64,000 nt of DNA from an uncultured Gemmatimonadaceae bacterium (GCA_963781585.1 CAWAGQ010000004.1:384001-448000), one strand, 5' to 3'. Counted from the stretch's first letter, positions 39,430 through 52,561 are shown. Notes: a model not told the origin generated them from the letters alone. A program made the numbers and translations.

Positions 39430-40602
39430 TTGCCATCGCTCGGCCGTTCCTGGCATGCGATCGTCGCGGCCTGCCTGGTCGGGGCGGTCGTGCTGTCGGC
39501 GCAGACCACCGGCGGCTCGCCGGTCTCGCAGGCGAGGACGGTCGACGGACGGGTCCTCCGTGGCACCCCGAGCGGAGAAAAACCGCTCGGCGGGCAGGTC
39601 GTGGTGCTGCATCGCATTGCCTCCGACAGCGCGGGGCCGGTCGATTCGGTCCGCACGGCGCAGGACGGACGATACCGCTTCCGCTATCGCGCCGCGGAGG
39701 ACAGCGTGCTGTACATCGTCTCCGCGCGCTACGCGGGAGTGGCCTACTTCACCGCGCCGCTGCGGGCGGCCGCGGTGCGCGGCAGCGATGCGGACATCGT
39801 GGTCTTCGATACTACCTCCGCCCCGATCGCGTTGTCGGTCCGCGGCCGCCACTTCGTCGTGACGAGGTCACCGAACGGGGGCGTGCGACGCGCCGTGGAT
39901 GTGTTCGAGATCGCCAACGACACGTCGGTCACGCGAATCTCCGGTCCGGCCACGCCGTCCTGGTCGGTTCGGCTGCCGGATGGGGCGACGACGCCTCGTG
40001 TCGAGCAGGGTGATGTGCCGGCGGGAGCGGTGAGCTTCGTGGGCGGTGTGGCCGAGGTGTTCGCGCCGTTTCCGCCGGGTCTCAAGCAGGTCGTTTTCTC
40101 GTACGAACTGCCGGCCACGGCGTTCCCCGCGCGAATTCCGGTCGAGTCACCCACCGGCGTGCTCGAGGTGTTGCTCCAGGAGTCGGGCGCCCGCGTCGAC
40201 GCGCCCGCGCTGGCGCGTCAGGACTCGGTCACGCTGCAGGGGACGAGCTATCAGCGGTACCTCGGCCAGAACCTGCCGGCGGGTTCACCGGTGCGCATCG
40301 TTCTCGAGTCGTCCGCGTCGGGCGGCCGGCTCCTGACCGGGGCCATGGTCCTGCTGTCGGGCGCGTTGCTGGCGTTAGGCTTCCGGGCCGGCCGGATCCG
40401 CGGGACGAGCCTGCCGGCCCGGCGCGGACGGCCCGATACCGCGGCACTGGCGCGCGACATCGCTACGCTCGACGCCGCGTTCGAGTCTCAGGGCGATCGA
40501 AGCGAGGCGTCGCGCACGGCCTACCAGCGGCGTCGCGCCGAGCTGAAGTCGCAACTGGTGCAGGCGCTGGCGGCTGTTGAATCCGCCGACCGCGGGCGCT
40601 AG
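39430..40602 (+). CDS. Exported hypothetical protein: carboxypeptidase-regulatory-like N-terminus, C-terminal TM and helical tail
   Basis: Signal peptide, T..DGRYRF motif, C-terminal TM then IA.LD.......Y..RR.EL tail. Confidence 0.65.
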   Translation: MPSLGRSWHAIVAACLVGAVVLSAQTTGGSPVSQARTVDGRVLRGTPSGEKPLGGQVVVLHRIASDSAGPVDSVRTAQDGRYRFRYRAAEDSVLYIVSARYAGVAYFTAPLRAAAVRGSDADIVVFDTTSAPIALSVRGRHFVVTRSPNGGVRRAVDVFEIANDTSVTRISGPATPSWSVRLPDGATTPRVEQGDVPAGAVSFVGGVAEVFAPFPPGLKQVVFSYELPATAFPARIPVESPTGVLEVLLQESGARVDAPALARQDSVTLQGTSYQRYLGQNLPAGSPVRIVLESSASGGRLLTGAMVLLSGALLALGFRAGRIRGTSLPARRGRPDTAALARDIATLDAAFESQGDRSEASRTAYQRRRAELKSQLVQALAAVESADRGR

Positions 40603-40605
40603 ACT
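40577..40605 (+). promoter_or_regulatory. Putative sigma70 promoter of the riboswitch/btu operon
   Basis: TTGAAT-17 nt-TAGACT immediately upstream of the aptamer. Confidence 0.65.
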
Positions 40606-40611
40606 TCCCGG

Positions 40612-40765
40612 CACAATTCACGCGACGAGTGGGGGCCACGGAAACCGGTGCGATGCCGGTGCGGCCCCGCCACTGTAACGGGCAGAGCATGCGCACTCAA
40701 CGCCACTGACCGCGAGCGGTCGGGAAGGCGAGTTGCGCAGCCCGGAGCCAGGAGACGACCTCCGC
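40612..40765 (+). ncRNA. Cobalamin riboswitch (boundaries approximate)
   Basis: GGAA-CCGGTG-CGATGCCGG, GCCCCGCCACTGTAA, GCCACTG...GGGAAGG, AGCCAGGAGAC B12-box; precedes btu genes. Confidence 0.92.
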
Positions 40766-40862
40766 TCGTGCCACCACAACAGTTCCTCGGGGGAGGGCTG
40801 GTGGCGACATCGGGTCGCGCGCCGCGACCTGCTGCGCACGGGCATTCCCCCAGGTGGGTCGG

Positions 40863-41753
40863 ATGTCCGTGTTTCGGTTTTCAGGGAGAAGGGCGTGGGT
40901 GTTCGCCGTGGTCGCCGCCGTGGCCTGCGGCGGCGACCGGTCGGCGCGCGGCGGCGTCATCGATGACTTCGGCGACCCGGTTCGCTCACCCGCATCTCCG
41001 CGGCGCATCGTATCCCTGAGCCCCGCCACCACCGAGATCCTCTTCGCGTTAGGCGCGGGGCCCCGGGTCGTGGGCCGGACCCACTGGGACACGTCGCCCG
41101 ACTCGGCGCGCCTCGTCCCCGACCTCGGGGACGGGATCCGGCCGAACGTGGAGCGCGTGCTGGCCGCCCACGCCGACCTCGTGGTGCTCTACGCCAGCAG
41201 CGAGAACCGTGACGCGGCGCAGGCGCTCCGGGCCGCAGGCATTCCGGTAGTGGCCCTTCGCATCGACCGGATCGCCGACTTTGGCCGCGCGACCCTGCTG
41301 CTGGGCCGGCTGGTCGGTGCCGAGTCGCGGGCTGGCTTGCTGGTGGACTCCGTCACGCGCACGCTCGATCGCGTCCGTGAAGCCACCCGCGGACTGCCGC
41401 GGCCTTCGGTCTTCCTGCCGGCCTACGATCATCCCCTCATGGCCATCGGAGCCGGCAGCTTCCTGTCCGAGCTGGTGGGAATCGCCGGCGGCCGGAACGT
41501 GTTCGGCGACCTGAGCGCTCCATCGCCCCAGATCTCGTTCGAAGAACTGCTGCGCCGGAACCCTGACGTGGTCCTCGCGGCACCCGCGACCGCGATGGCG
41601 ATTGCAAGGGAGTCGCGCTGGGACGCCCTGCCGGCGGTGCGCGACGGACACCTGCTGGTGCGCGACACGATGATCACGGCGCGGCCCGGTGTTCGATTGG
41701 GCGAGGCGGCCATGTCGTTCGCCCGTCTGCTGCACCCCGGCGCGGTGCCCTGA
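40863..41753 (+). CDS. btuF: Cobalamin ABC transporter substrate-binding lipoprotein
   Basis: Lipobox AVAC, DDFG, RRIVSLSP.TTEILFALG, PNVE; downstream of B12 riboswitch. Confidence 0.87.
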   Translation: MSVFRFSGRRAWVFAVVAAVACGGDRSARGGVIDDFGDPVRSPASPRRIVSLSPATTEILFALGAGPRVVGRTHWDTSPDSARLVPDLGDGIRPNVERVLAAHADLVVLYASSENRDAAQALRAAGIPVVALRIDRIADFGRATLLLGRLVGAESRAGLLVDSVTRTLDRVREATRGLPRPSVFLPAYDHPLMAIGAGSFLSELVGIAGGRNVFGDLSAPSPQISFEELLRRNPDVVLAAPATAMAIARESRWDALPAVRDGHLLVRDTMITARPGVRLGEAAMSFARLLHPGAVP

Positions 41754-41754
41754 C

Positions 41755-42729
41755 ATGCGCCTGCGTCTGTTCGCCGTTCTGGGGGGCGCGCTGGTGGTGG
41801 CCGCGCTGGCCGGCATCGCAATCGGGGCCGTGACAATCCCGTTAGGCGGCGTGTGGCGCGCGCTGGGCGGAGCGGGGGACCCGGCCGTGATCGCGATCGT
41901 GCGCCAGGTGCGGCTCCCGCGCGTGGCACTGGCGGTCGCGCTCGGGGCCGCCCTCGGCATGAGCGGTGCGGTGTTGCAGGGTACCCTCCAGAACCCCCTC
42001 GCCGAGCCGTACCTGCTCGGCATCTCCGGTGGGGCGGCCGTGGGGTCGGTGACGGCGGTCGTGTTCGGCGCCACGCGGGTCGCTGTCGTGTCGGGCGCCG
42101 GCTTCCTCGGCGCGGTGGCCGCGGTCGGGCTGGTGCTGGCGGTGGCTCGCGCCGCGGTGGGTCGCGCCGATCCGCGCGTACTCCTCATGGCCGGCGTGGT
42201 CGTCGGGGCGTTCGCCAACGCCGCCATCATGGTGATGCTCGCCAACGCGCCCGCCACGCAGGTGCGCGGCGCTCTATGGTGGATGATGGGGTCGCTCGGC
42301 GCGGCCGACTGGGGTGATGTCCGGTGGCTGACGGCCGCACTCGTGGTGGCCGGAGGCCTGCTGGTCCATTGGGCCCGCGACATCGACGCGCTCGCCCTCG
42401 GACACGATGCCGCAGCCGCACTCGGCGTCTCACCGGAATCGGCCAGCCGCCGACTCTACCTGCTGGCGTCCCTGCTCGCCGCCGCCACCGTCGGCGTCGC
42501 CGGCCTGGTGGGATTCGTGGGGCTGGTGGTGCCGCACATCGCGCGCGCGTTGACCGGCTCGCGTCATCGACCGCTCCTGGCCGCCGCCGCCCTGGCCGGC
42601 GCGGCGCTCGTGGTGGTCGCGGATCTCCTCGCGCGCACGGTCCGCGCGCCCGCCGAGTTGCCACTCGGCGCGGTGACCGCTGTGCTCGGTGTGCCGTTCT
42701 TTCTGATTCTGCTCCGCCGCGCGTCATGA
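41755..42729 (+). CDS. btuC: FecCD/BtuC-family ABC permease
   Basis: RLPR, NPLAEPYLLGISGGA, GFVGLVVPH, ELPLGAVTA..G.PFF. Confidence 0.88.
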   Translation: MRLRLFAVLGGALVVAALAGIAIGAVTIPLGGVWRALGGAGDPAVIAIVRQVRLPRVALAVALGAALGMSGAVLQGTLQNPLAEPYLLGISGGAAVGSVTAVVFGATRVAVVSGAGFLGAVAAVGLVLAVARAAVGRADPRVLLMAGVVVGAFANAAIMVMLANAPATQVRGALWWMMGSLGAADWGDVRWLTAALVVAGGLLVHWARDIDALALGHDAAAALGVSPESASRRLYLLASLLAAATVGVAGLVGFVGLVVPHIARALTGSRHRPLLAAAALAGAALVVVADLLARTVRAPAELPLGAVTAVLGVPFFLILLRRAS

Positions 42730-43517
42730 TCGGCTTTCAGCAGGTTACCGCCCGCTATCCCGGCGCGGCCGCGCCGGCGATCTCCGACGTCTCCTTCGAC
42801 GCACCCCGCGGCGCGCTGACCGCGGTGGTCGGGCCTAACGGGAGCGGCAAGAGTACGCTGGTGCGCACGCTGCTGGGACGGGTGCCGGTGGTTGCCGGAC
42901 GCGTGGTCATTCACGGACGGGACATCGGCACGATTCCCCGACGCGCCGTCGCTCGCCTGGTGGCTGTTGTGGTACAGCGGGAGGAACCCGTCTTCGCGAT
43001 GCCGGTTCGCGAGTACGTCGCCCTTGGCCGCCACCCCCACGCCGGTTCGTGGTCACCGGTGCGGCCCGACGCCGGTCCCGTCTCGCGCGCCTTCGCCCTG
43101 GCGGGTGTCGGTGCCCTGGAAACGCGGCGTACCGACACGCTCTCCGGCGGGGAATGGCAACGCGTCCGGATCGCACGCGCCCTCGCGCAGGACACCGCGG
43201 CGCTGGTGCTCGACGAGCCCACGACGTTCCTCGACATCGCCCACGAAATGGAGTCGTTCGAGGTGCTGGCGCGACTGGCCGCGGATGGACACGCCGTCCT
43301 GGCTGTGAGCCACCAGCTCAACCTCGTCGCGCGATTCGCGGATCGCGTGATCCTGCTGCACGACGGCCGCGTGGCCGCTGCCGGGAGTCCCGACGAGGTG
43401 ATGCAGGCGCGCCTCCTCGAGACGATCTACCAATGGCCGCTGGTTGTTACGCGTGATCCGGCGGTCGGCGCGCCCACACTCGTTCCGCTTCGCCGTCGCC
43501 CGGCCCGTCCGCTCTGA
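42726..43517 (+). CDS. btuD: ABC transporter ATP-binding protein (BtuD-like)
   Basis: GPNGSGKST, LSGGEWQRV, LDEPT.FLD, H-loop. Confidence 0.87.
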   Translation: MIGFQQVTARYPGAAAPAISDVSFDAPRGALTAVVGPNGSGKSTLVRTLLGRVPVVAGRVVIHGRDIGTIPRRAVARLVAVVVQREEPVFAMPVREYVALGRHPHAGSWSPVRPDAGPVSRAFALAGVGALETRRTDTLSGGEWQRVRIARALAQDTAALVLDEPTTFLDIAHEMESFEVLARLAADGHAVLAVSHQLNLVARFADRVILLHDGRVAAAGSPDEVMQARLLETIYQWPLVVTRDPAVGAPTLVPLRRRPARPL

Positions 43518-43556
43518 TGTCATCCGGCCTCCCCCTCACACTCCCTTCCTGGCGCC

Positions 43557-45515
43557 ATGACACGCTTCTTCCCCCACCACGCCCTCGTGGCGACGATCGC
43601 TACCGCCGGCGCACCCGCGCTGCTACCGGCGCAGCGCGCCGATTCCACCGCACTGCCTCGCGTCGTGATCACCGCAACGCGGCTCGACGCCGCACTCGGG
43701 TCGGACCTGTCCGCGACCACGGTGCTCAATGGGGACGACCTCCGACGGTCGGGAGTGCGCGATGTGGCGGCCGCTCTGCGTCTCGTGCCAGGCATGACCG
43801 TGGTGCGCAGCGGCGGGGCCGGAGCGCAGACTTCGATATTCCTGCGAGGCGGCGAGAGCGACTACGTGCGCGTGCTGGTGGACGGGGTGGCCATCAACGA
43901 TGCCGGCGGGTCGATCGATCTCGCAGGATTGACGCTCGACAACGTCGACCGCATTGAGGTGGTTCGAGGGCCCACCAGCGTGCTGTACGGGACCGACGCG
44001 GTGACCGGAGTCGTGCAGATCTTCACGCGTGGTGCGGACGGACATTCCGCCATCGAGGGCACGGCCCGTGCCGGTCGCTATGGCACGAGAGCGGTGGACG
44101 CGTCGGCAAGCATTGGAGGGGCGGCGCTGGGCGCTACCATCGGCGGCGCCCACAGCGCGACGAACGGTGTCCTCCCGTTCAACAATGCCTACCGCAACGA
44201 TGTCGGCACGGCGCGGATCAACGCGGCCCCCGATGACGCGACCCGGATCTCCCTCTCAGCGCGGCTCGGCAGTGACACATACCACTATCCCACCGACGGT
44301 GCGGGGAACGTGGTGGATCACAACGCTCGCCGAATGGGGCGCCAGACGGTGGTCGCATTCGACGCCACGCGGCGCATCTCCTCACGCTTGCGTGGGGGCG
44401 TCTCCCTGGGCGCGTTCGACGCGACTGGGCGTACGTTCGACGCGCGCGACGATGTCGCCGACACCCTCGGGTTCTACGCCTACCGCAGCGCCACCCAACT
44501 GCGTCGCCGGGTCGCCGACGCACGGCTGCACGTCTCCCTGTCGCCGGAGGCGGTCCTCACCGTCGGGGGAGAATGGACTTTCGAGGCGCAGCGCAGCACC
44601 GACAGCTCCAACTATGATGCAGCCCCGTCGCGATTCCACGCCGATCGGTCGAACCGAGCCGCGTATGCGCAGGTTCTCGCGGAACACGGCAGGTTCTCGT
44701 ACGTGGTGGGGGGACGCTATGACGACAATCGTGTGTTCGGCGCGTTTCGAACGGCCCGAACCGCGGTCGCGGTGCATCCGTGGCATGGCGGAATCCTCCG
44801 CGCCGCAATCGGGGGCGCGTTCAAGGCGCCGACGTTCTTCGAGACGTTTTCCAGCGCCTTCTCGATCGGTAACCCGTCCCTTCGCCCCGAGCGATCGCAC
44901 AGCTGGGAACTGACGGCAGGGCACGAGCTCGCCGGCGGCCGCCTTGCCCTCTCCGCCAGCTGGTTCGATCAGACGTTCCGGGATCTGATCCAGTACACCT
45001 ACCAGGCACCCGACCTGCCGAACTACTTCAACGTGGTGGCCGCGTCGGCGCGCGGACTGGAGCTGGAAGCGAGCGGTTGGGTGATCAGTGGAGTGCACGC
45101 CGTGGCGTCGGCGACACTCCTGCGCTCGCGCGTGGATGACGCCGGGTTCGAAACCGGCGCGGGGGCCACGTTCGTTCGTGGCCAACGCCTGCTGCGCCGG
45201 TCGCCCCAGAGCGCAACGCTCGACGTGGCCGCCAGTCGGTGGAGACGAGCCACGATCGACGCGTCCCTCGTCTACACCGGCAGGCGCGACGATCGCGACT
45301 TCTCCGCGTATCCCGCCTCACCAGTAGTGCTCGATGCATACACACGGGTGGATATCGCGTCCGTCATTCCACTCAGGAACGCCAAGGACGGAACTTCCGT
45401 CGCGCTGCAGGTGCGTCTCGACAACGTCCTCGGCGAAGGGTACCAGGAGGTCTACAATTTCCCGTCGCCGGGACGCGGCCTCTCCGTCGGAGTGCGTGTT
45501 GGCGCCAGCCGGTAG
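43557..45515 (+). CDS. btuB: TonB-dependent receptor, probable cobalamin transporter
   Basis: VVITATR, plug LRGG...VLVDG, RIEVVRGP.S.LYG.DA..GVV.I.T, GNP.LRPE; lies in B12-riboswitch operon. Confidence 0.87.
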   Translation: MTRFFPHHALVATIATAGAPALLPAQRADSTALPRVVITATRLDAALGSDLSATTVLNGDDLRRSGVRDVAAALRLVPGMTVVRSGGAGAQTSIFLRGGESDYVRVLVDGVAINDAGGSIDLAGLTLDNVDRIEVVRGPTSVLYGTDAVTGVVQIFTRGADGHSAIEGTARAGRYGTRAVDASASIGGAALGATIGGAHSATNGVLPFNNAYRNDVGTARINAAPDDATRISLSARLGSDTYHYPTDGAGNVVDHNARRMGRQTVVAFDATRRISSRLRGGVSLGAFDATGRTFDARDDVADTLGFYAYRSATQLRRRVADARLHVSLSPEAVLTVGGEWTFEAQRSTDSSNYDAAPSRFHADRSNRAAYAQVLAEHGRFSYVVGGRYDDNRVFGAFRTARTAVAVHPWHGGILRAAIGGAFKAPTFFETFSSAFSIGNPSLRPERSHSWELTAGHELAGGRLALSASWFDQTFRDLIQYTYQAPDLPNYFNVVAASARGLELEASGWVISGVHAVASATLLRSRVDDAGFETGAGATFVRGQRLLRRSPQSATLDVAASRWRRATIDASLVYTGRRDDRDFSAYPASPVVLDAYTRVDIASVIPLRNAKDGTSVALQVRLDNVLGEGYQEVYNFPSPGRGLSVGVRVGASR

Positions 45516-45588
45516 TCTCCGCACGCTTGCCGAGGCACTCGTCGCGCTTCCACCCTGTCACGGGTGTGGCGTGAGGTATCTTTAGCGC

Positions 45589-46350
45589 ATGGCGCTCGTG
45601 GTTGCCGATGTCGTGGTTCTGCACGTGTTCGACTATCTGGAGTCGTCCCGCATCCTGCGCCTGGCCACGCGCACGCTCGGCGTCCAGTCGGTTCTCGCGC
45701 GCGGGGCACGGAGGCCCCGCAGCCGATTCGGGTCGTCGCTCGATTTCTTCGCCAGCGGTGTCGCGCAGCTGCACACGCGACCGGGGCGCGATCTGCACAC
45801 GCTGTCCGGGTTCGACCTGGTTCGCAGCCGGCTCGTGCTCGCCGGCAATCTGGAGCGGTTTGCCACGGCCGCCGCGCTCGCGGAGCTTGCCCTGGCATTC
45901 CTTCATCCCGACCCCGATGACGCTGCGTTCGACGTACTGACCGAATCGCTCGACGCTCTTTCCGGCGCATGTGATGACGCCGCGGTGGACATCGGCCTCC
46001 TCTCGGCATGGCGGTTGATTGGCGCGTTGGGGTTTGCGCCGAGCATGGCGGCGTGCTGCGTCTGTTCGCGGGACGTCCCGTTCGACGCTTCCGTGCCGTT
46101 CAGCCACGCCGGGGGCGGGGTGGTGTGTGCGCGTTGCAGGACGGCGGTCTCGCTGAGTCGCACGCTGACACCCGCGGCGCGCCGGGCGCTGGCGCGCTGG
46201 GTCGACGGCACGCCTAGCTCGCTCTCCTCCACCGGGGAGCGGCGCGCGCACGTCCGACTGGTGCGCGAGTTTCTGCAGCACCACCTGGCCGATGGGCGCG
46301 ACTTGCGCGCCCTCGCGGCGTGGGAGGCGGGCCGGCAGCGCCCCGCATGA
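45589..46350 (+). CDS. recO: DNA repair protein RecO
   Basis: VL...DY.ESSRI....T...G....ARGARR..SRFG, CxxC...CxxC zinc finger. Confidence 0.9.
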   Translation: MALVVADVVVLHVFDYLESSRILRLATRTLGVQSVLARGARRPRSRFGSSLDFFASGVAQLHTRPGRDLHTLSGFDLVRSRLVLAGNLERFATAAALAELALAFLHPDPDDAAFDVLTESLDALSGACDDAAVDIGLLSAWRLIGALGFAPSMAACCVCSRDVPFDASVPFSHAGGGVVCARCRTAVSLSRTLTPAARRALARWVDGTPSSLSSTGERRAHVRLVREFLQHHLADGRDLRALAAWEAGRQRPA

Positions 46351-48194
46351 TCATCGGAACCGCCGGTCACATCGATCACGGCAAGACCGCGCTGGTGCAG
46401 GCGCTCACCGGCATCGACACCGATCGCCTTCCGGAGGAGAAGCGGCGCGGTATCACCATCGAGCTCGGTTTCGCGCCGCTCCACCTGGAGGGCGCCGGCA
46501 CGGCCGGGGTGGTGGACGTGCCTGGGCACGAGGCGTTCGTGCGCACGATGGTCGCCGGCGCCTCCGGGATCGATCTCGCCCTGCTGGTGGTGGCGGCCGA
46601 CGAAGGGGTCATGCCGCAGACCCGCGAACACCTCGAGATCCTCCGCTTGTTAGGCACGCGGGGCGGCGTGGTGGCGATCACCAAGAGCGACCTGGTGGAC
46701 GCCGAGTGGCTGGAGCTGGTGCGCGCCGACGTGGTGCGCGCGGCGAGCGGCACCCCGCTCGAGGGGGCCCCTGTCTTGGCCACCTCCGTCGTCTCCGGGC
46801 GCGGCCTCGACCAACTGCGACAGGCCCTGGTCGCGGCTGCGGCCGGGTTGCCGGGCCGGGATGCCGACGACCGCTTCCGCATGCCCGTGGACCGCGTGTT
46901 CACCGTGCGCGGTACGGGGACCGTCGTCACGGGCACGGTGTGGACCGGTCGCCTCGAGGTCGATGCGACGGCCGTCCTGCAGCCGGCCGGACGTCAGGTG
47001 CGGGTGCGAGGCATCCAGGTCCACGGGCACGACGTGCGCGCCGTGGGGCCGGCGACCCGCGCCGCCGTTGCCCTCACCGGAGTGGAGGTTCCGGACGTCG
47101 CGCGCGGGACGTGGCTGCTGGATGCCGCCGAATGGCCGACCACACTCGTTATGCGCTCCGAAGTCCGGCTCGTTGCGGGCGCCCGGCCGCCAAGGCCGCG
47201 CGAGTGGCTGCGGCTCCACATCGGGACCGCGGATGTCGGGGCGCGGGTCATCGTGGCCGATGGCAGGCTCGCGGTGGGTGCTGAATGCGCCGCACGCATC
47301 GTCCTCCAGGAACCCGTGATCGCGCGCGCCGGAGATCGATTCGTCTTGCGCCGGAGCGAGGGAACACAAGTCGCCACCGTCGGCGGGGGCCGCGTGGTCG
47401 ATCCGGTTCCAGCCCGTCGGCGCGGGCGCCCCTGGCCCGTGGAAACCCGGCATCTCGAGGGGTTGCTGCCGCTGATGCTGAACGAGTCGGCCCGTCAGGG
47501 GCTTGAACGTCACATGCTGCCCCTGCGTCTCGGCGTGCCGGAACGCGACGTCGATGCGTTGCTGCGGGATGCGCCGGGGGTGGCGGTCATCGGCACGCTC
47601 GTGTTCGCCGCTGCGGCGCTCGACGATCTGGCTGCCGAGCTGCGGCGCGTTGTTGCCGAATTCCATCGGCAGCACGCGCTCGAGGAAGGCATGCGGCTCG
47701 CGGAGCTCCGCCGGCGCGTTCAGGCGAATCCCGCCCTTCTGGAGCGCGCGCTGGAAACCCTCGCGGGGGCGGGAGACATCGAAGTACGGGGGACCCTGGT
47801 AGCCGAGCGGCTGTGGCGTCCGCGCCTCACTGCATCGCAGGTCGCGTTGCGTCGTCTCATCCTTGAGGCCATCCGAGCCGCCGGCTCGGAGCCTCCCCTT
47901 GTGTCTGCGTTGTCCGACCAACATCACAGCGATTTGCTGCCGTTGGCGCGTAGCCTGGAGAGGGAGGGTCTGCTGGTTGCAGTAGAACCGGACCGGTTCT
48001 ACTCGGTGGAGGCGGTGGAGCGGTTGGTGGGGCGTCTGCGAGAGTCCATGGCGACTGGGCGGGAATACTCGCCGACGGAGCTACGGGAGGTGTTGGGGGT
48101 GTCGCGGAAGTACCTGATCCCGTTTCTCGAATACTGTGACCGGATGAGGATTACGGAACGCAGGGCGACGGGTCGGGTATGGCACCGGTCCTGA
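46347..48194 (+). CDS. selB: Selenocysteine-specific elongation factor SelB
   Basis: [35 protein letters not shown]-terminal winged helix [12 protein letters not shown]. Confidence 0.95.
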   Translation: MIIGTAGHIDHGKTALVQALTGIDTDRLPEEKRRGITIELGFAPLHLEGAGTAGVVDVPGHEAFVRTMVAGASGIDLALLVVAADEGVMPQTREHLEILRLLGTRGGVVAITKSDLVDAEWLELVRADVVRAASGTPLEGAPVLATSVVSGRGLDQLRQALVAAAAGLPGRDADDRFRMPVDRVFTVRGTGTVVTGTVWTGRLEVDATAVLQPAGRQVRVRGIQVHGHDVRAVGPATRAAVALTGVEVPDVARGTWLLDAAEWPTTLVMRSEVRLVAGARPPRPREWLRLHIGTADVGARVIVADGRLAVGAECAARIVLQEPVIARAGDRFVLRRSEGTQVATVGGGRVVDPVPARRRGRPWPVETRHLEGLLPLMLNESARQGLERHMLPLRLGVPERDVDALLRDAPGVAVIGTLVFAAAALDDLAAELRRVVAEFHRQHALEEGMRLAELRRRVQANPALLERALETLAGAGDIEVRGTLVAERLWRPRLTASQVALRRLILEAIRAAGSEPPLVSALSDQHHSDLLPLARSLEREGLLVAVEPDRFYSVEAVERLVGRLRESMATGREYSPTELREVLGVSRKYLIPFLEYCDRMRITERRATGRVWHRS

Positions 48195-48210
48195 TGCGTG
48201 AACGCCTTTC

Positions 48211-48240
48211 TTGACAGCGGGTTGCCCGAGGTCTTATGTT
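48211..48240 (+). promoter_or_regulatory. Putative sigma70 promoter
   Basis: TTGACA-18 nt-TATGTT. Confidence 0.6.
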
Positions 48241-48316
48241 CGCGCCGGGAGTGATAACGTCCACCTGTTTCAGGAGTTAGAAGCAAGCCCCTTTCTTGTC
48301 AGTTCGGAGAAGTCAC

Positions 48317-48772
48317 ATGGTGCAGCGATGGGCAGCACAGTTGTTCGTGCTTGCTCTCTGTGCGTTGGTTCCTGGTCCGTTGTCCGCCCAGGGTCGGCAA
48401 TCGAGTCGAGACCCGTCGACCGGTTCGCGTCTCGATCAAAACTATCCGAACCCTTTCAATCCCGAGACGAGGATCTCGTTCGCGATTGGAGGCTATCCGG
48501 ACTGTATCTCACCTGCACGGCAGTACAAGGTGAGTCTGCGCATCTTCAACGTGCTCGCGCAGCCGGTGGCGACGCCTGTTCTGCAAGGCGGTTCGGCGAG
48601 TGTCGCTGGTGGGCAGCCGCTGACGAATCTGTTTCTGACGTGCGGAGAATACACGGCATACTGGGACGGTAAGATCATGAATACCGGACGCGAGGCGGCG
48701 TCGGGAATTTATGTCTATCGCCTCGAGATCGATGGGAGTGCCCTGATGCGAAAAATGATGGTTCGCAAATAG
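48317..48772 (+). CDS. Stand-alone T9SS type-A sorting / FlgD Ig-like domain protein with signal peptide
   Basis: L.QNYPNPFNP.T.I.F, V.L.IFN..Q.VAT, G.Y...WDG, ASGIY.YRL, RKM; GGAG RBS. Confidence 0.85.
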   Translation: MVQRWAAQLFVLALCALVPGPLSAQGRQSSRDPSTGSRLDQNYPNPFNPETRISFAIGGYPDCISPARQYKVSLRIFNVLAQPVATPVLQGGSASVAGGQPLTNLFLTCGEYTAYWDGKIMNTGREAASGIYVYRLEIDGSALMRKMMVRK

Positions 48773-48794
48773 GGCGGCCTGCTGAATTGAACCG

Positions 48795-48832
48795 AAGGCG
48801 GCGTCACTTGATGGCGCCGCCTTTTGTTTTTT
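48795..48832 (+). terminator. Intrinsic terminator between convergent genes
   Basis: AAGGCGGCGTCA-CTTGA-TGGCGCCGCCTT stem followed by TTGTTTTTT. Confidence 0.85.
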
Positions 48833-49142
48833 CGGGCACCGGCGGTTTGGATGTCGGCCTCCACTGGTCGATGGCGCGAAACAGCAGTCCGGCGCGATCG
48901 GGTTGGGAGGTGAGCGCCGCGGTGGCCGACTCCAGCTGCGCCGCCGTGACGCCATACAAGCGGAGGATCGAATCGCGGGCGCGTGCTCTCACCAATGTGT
49001 CGCCGGCGGTGGCGGCCGGCAGGTGTCGGAGTGCTCCGATCACCTGGACGTAGGTGGAATCGCTCACGCCGGCTGCGATCGCGGATCGACGGCAGGCGGT
49101 GCAGAGGATCATGGTCGCAACGAACGCGCAGAACCTTCGCAT
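48804..49142 (-). CDS. Small hypothetical lipoprotein (DUF4296-like)
   Basis: Lipobox CTAC, DSTYV.V, RDSIL..YGVT...L pattern. Confidence 0.6.
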   Translation of the reverse strand: MRRFCAFVATMILCTACRRSAIAAGVSDSTYVQVIGALRHLPAATAGDTLVRARARDSILRLYGVTAAQLESATAALTSQPDRAGLLFRAIDQWRPTSKPPVPEKTKGGAIK

Positions 49143-49277
49143 GCGCGCGGAGCCTATCGAGTCGGGCTGAGCGGGTCAAGCGGACCGCTGGCGCCGCCCG
49201 GTTGTGCACGGGTCTGCCGTCCTTGCGCCTCGCCGGCCAGTTCGACGCCAGCCCGGGGTCAAACCGGCGCAGTAGAT

Positions 49278-49294
49278 TCGGCATTGCCATTGCC
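49278..49294 (+). promoter_or_regulatory. Putative sigma54 (-24/-12) promoter of clpB
   Basis: TCGGCATTGCCATTGCC: GG-N10-GC with TTGC. Confidence 0.5.
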
Positions 49295-49348
49295 TCTTCG
49301 GCTACGACAATGTAGGTGTCGCTCCCCGCATCACCATCGACCCGCACC

Positions 49349-52000
<2,652 letters not shown>

Positions 52001-52027
52001 GGGCGCGGCGCGACCCGGCCGGCCGGG

Positions 52028-52561
52028 GTGACGCCAGGCAAGTCGACCGGCCCGGCCCCGGGTGGACACGGCGCCCCGAACGCGATCGCGCTGATGCGTC
52101 AGGCGCTCGATCTGGCGCGCGAGGCCGCGGCGGCGGGCGACGTGCCGGTCGGCGCGCTCTTGGTGTGCGGCGACCGGGTTCTCGGGCGCGGACAGAACCG
52201 CACGCTCCGCGACCAGGATCCCACGGCGCACGCCGAAGTCATCGCCCTGCGCGAAGCCGCCGAGTCGTTAGGCAGCTGGCGCCTGAGCGAGTGCGACCTG
52301 TACGTCACGCTCGAACCCTGCGCCATGTGCGCCGGGGCGCTGGTGCTGGCCCGTGTGCGTCGGGTGGTGTTCGGCGCCTGGGACGACAAGTCCGGGATGG
52401 CCGGCAGCGTCGGCGACCTGTTACGGCATCCCCGTCTCAACCATCACCCCGAGGTGCGCGGCGGGGTGCTGGCGGACGACTGTGGTGCGGTGCTGAAGGC
52501 GTTCTTCCTCGCGCGCCGATCACCTGCCGCGCAGGTTGACTATCTCCGCAAGCCCCAATAA
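52028..52561 (+). CDS. tadA: tRNA adenosine(34) deaminase
   Basis: VPVGA, DPTAHAE, LYVTLEPCAMC, LNH. Confidence 0.92.
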   Translation: MTPGKSTGPAPGGHGAPNAIALMRQALDLAREAAAAGDVPVGALLVCGDRVLGRGQNRTLRDQDPTAHAEVIALREAAESLGSWRLSECDLYVTLEPCAMCAGALVLARVRRVVFGAWDDKSGMAGSVGDLLRHPRLNHHPEVRGGVLADDCGAVLKAFFLARRSPAAQVDYLRKPQ

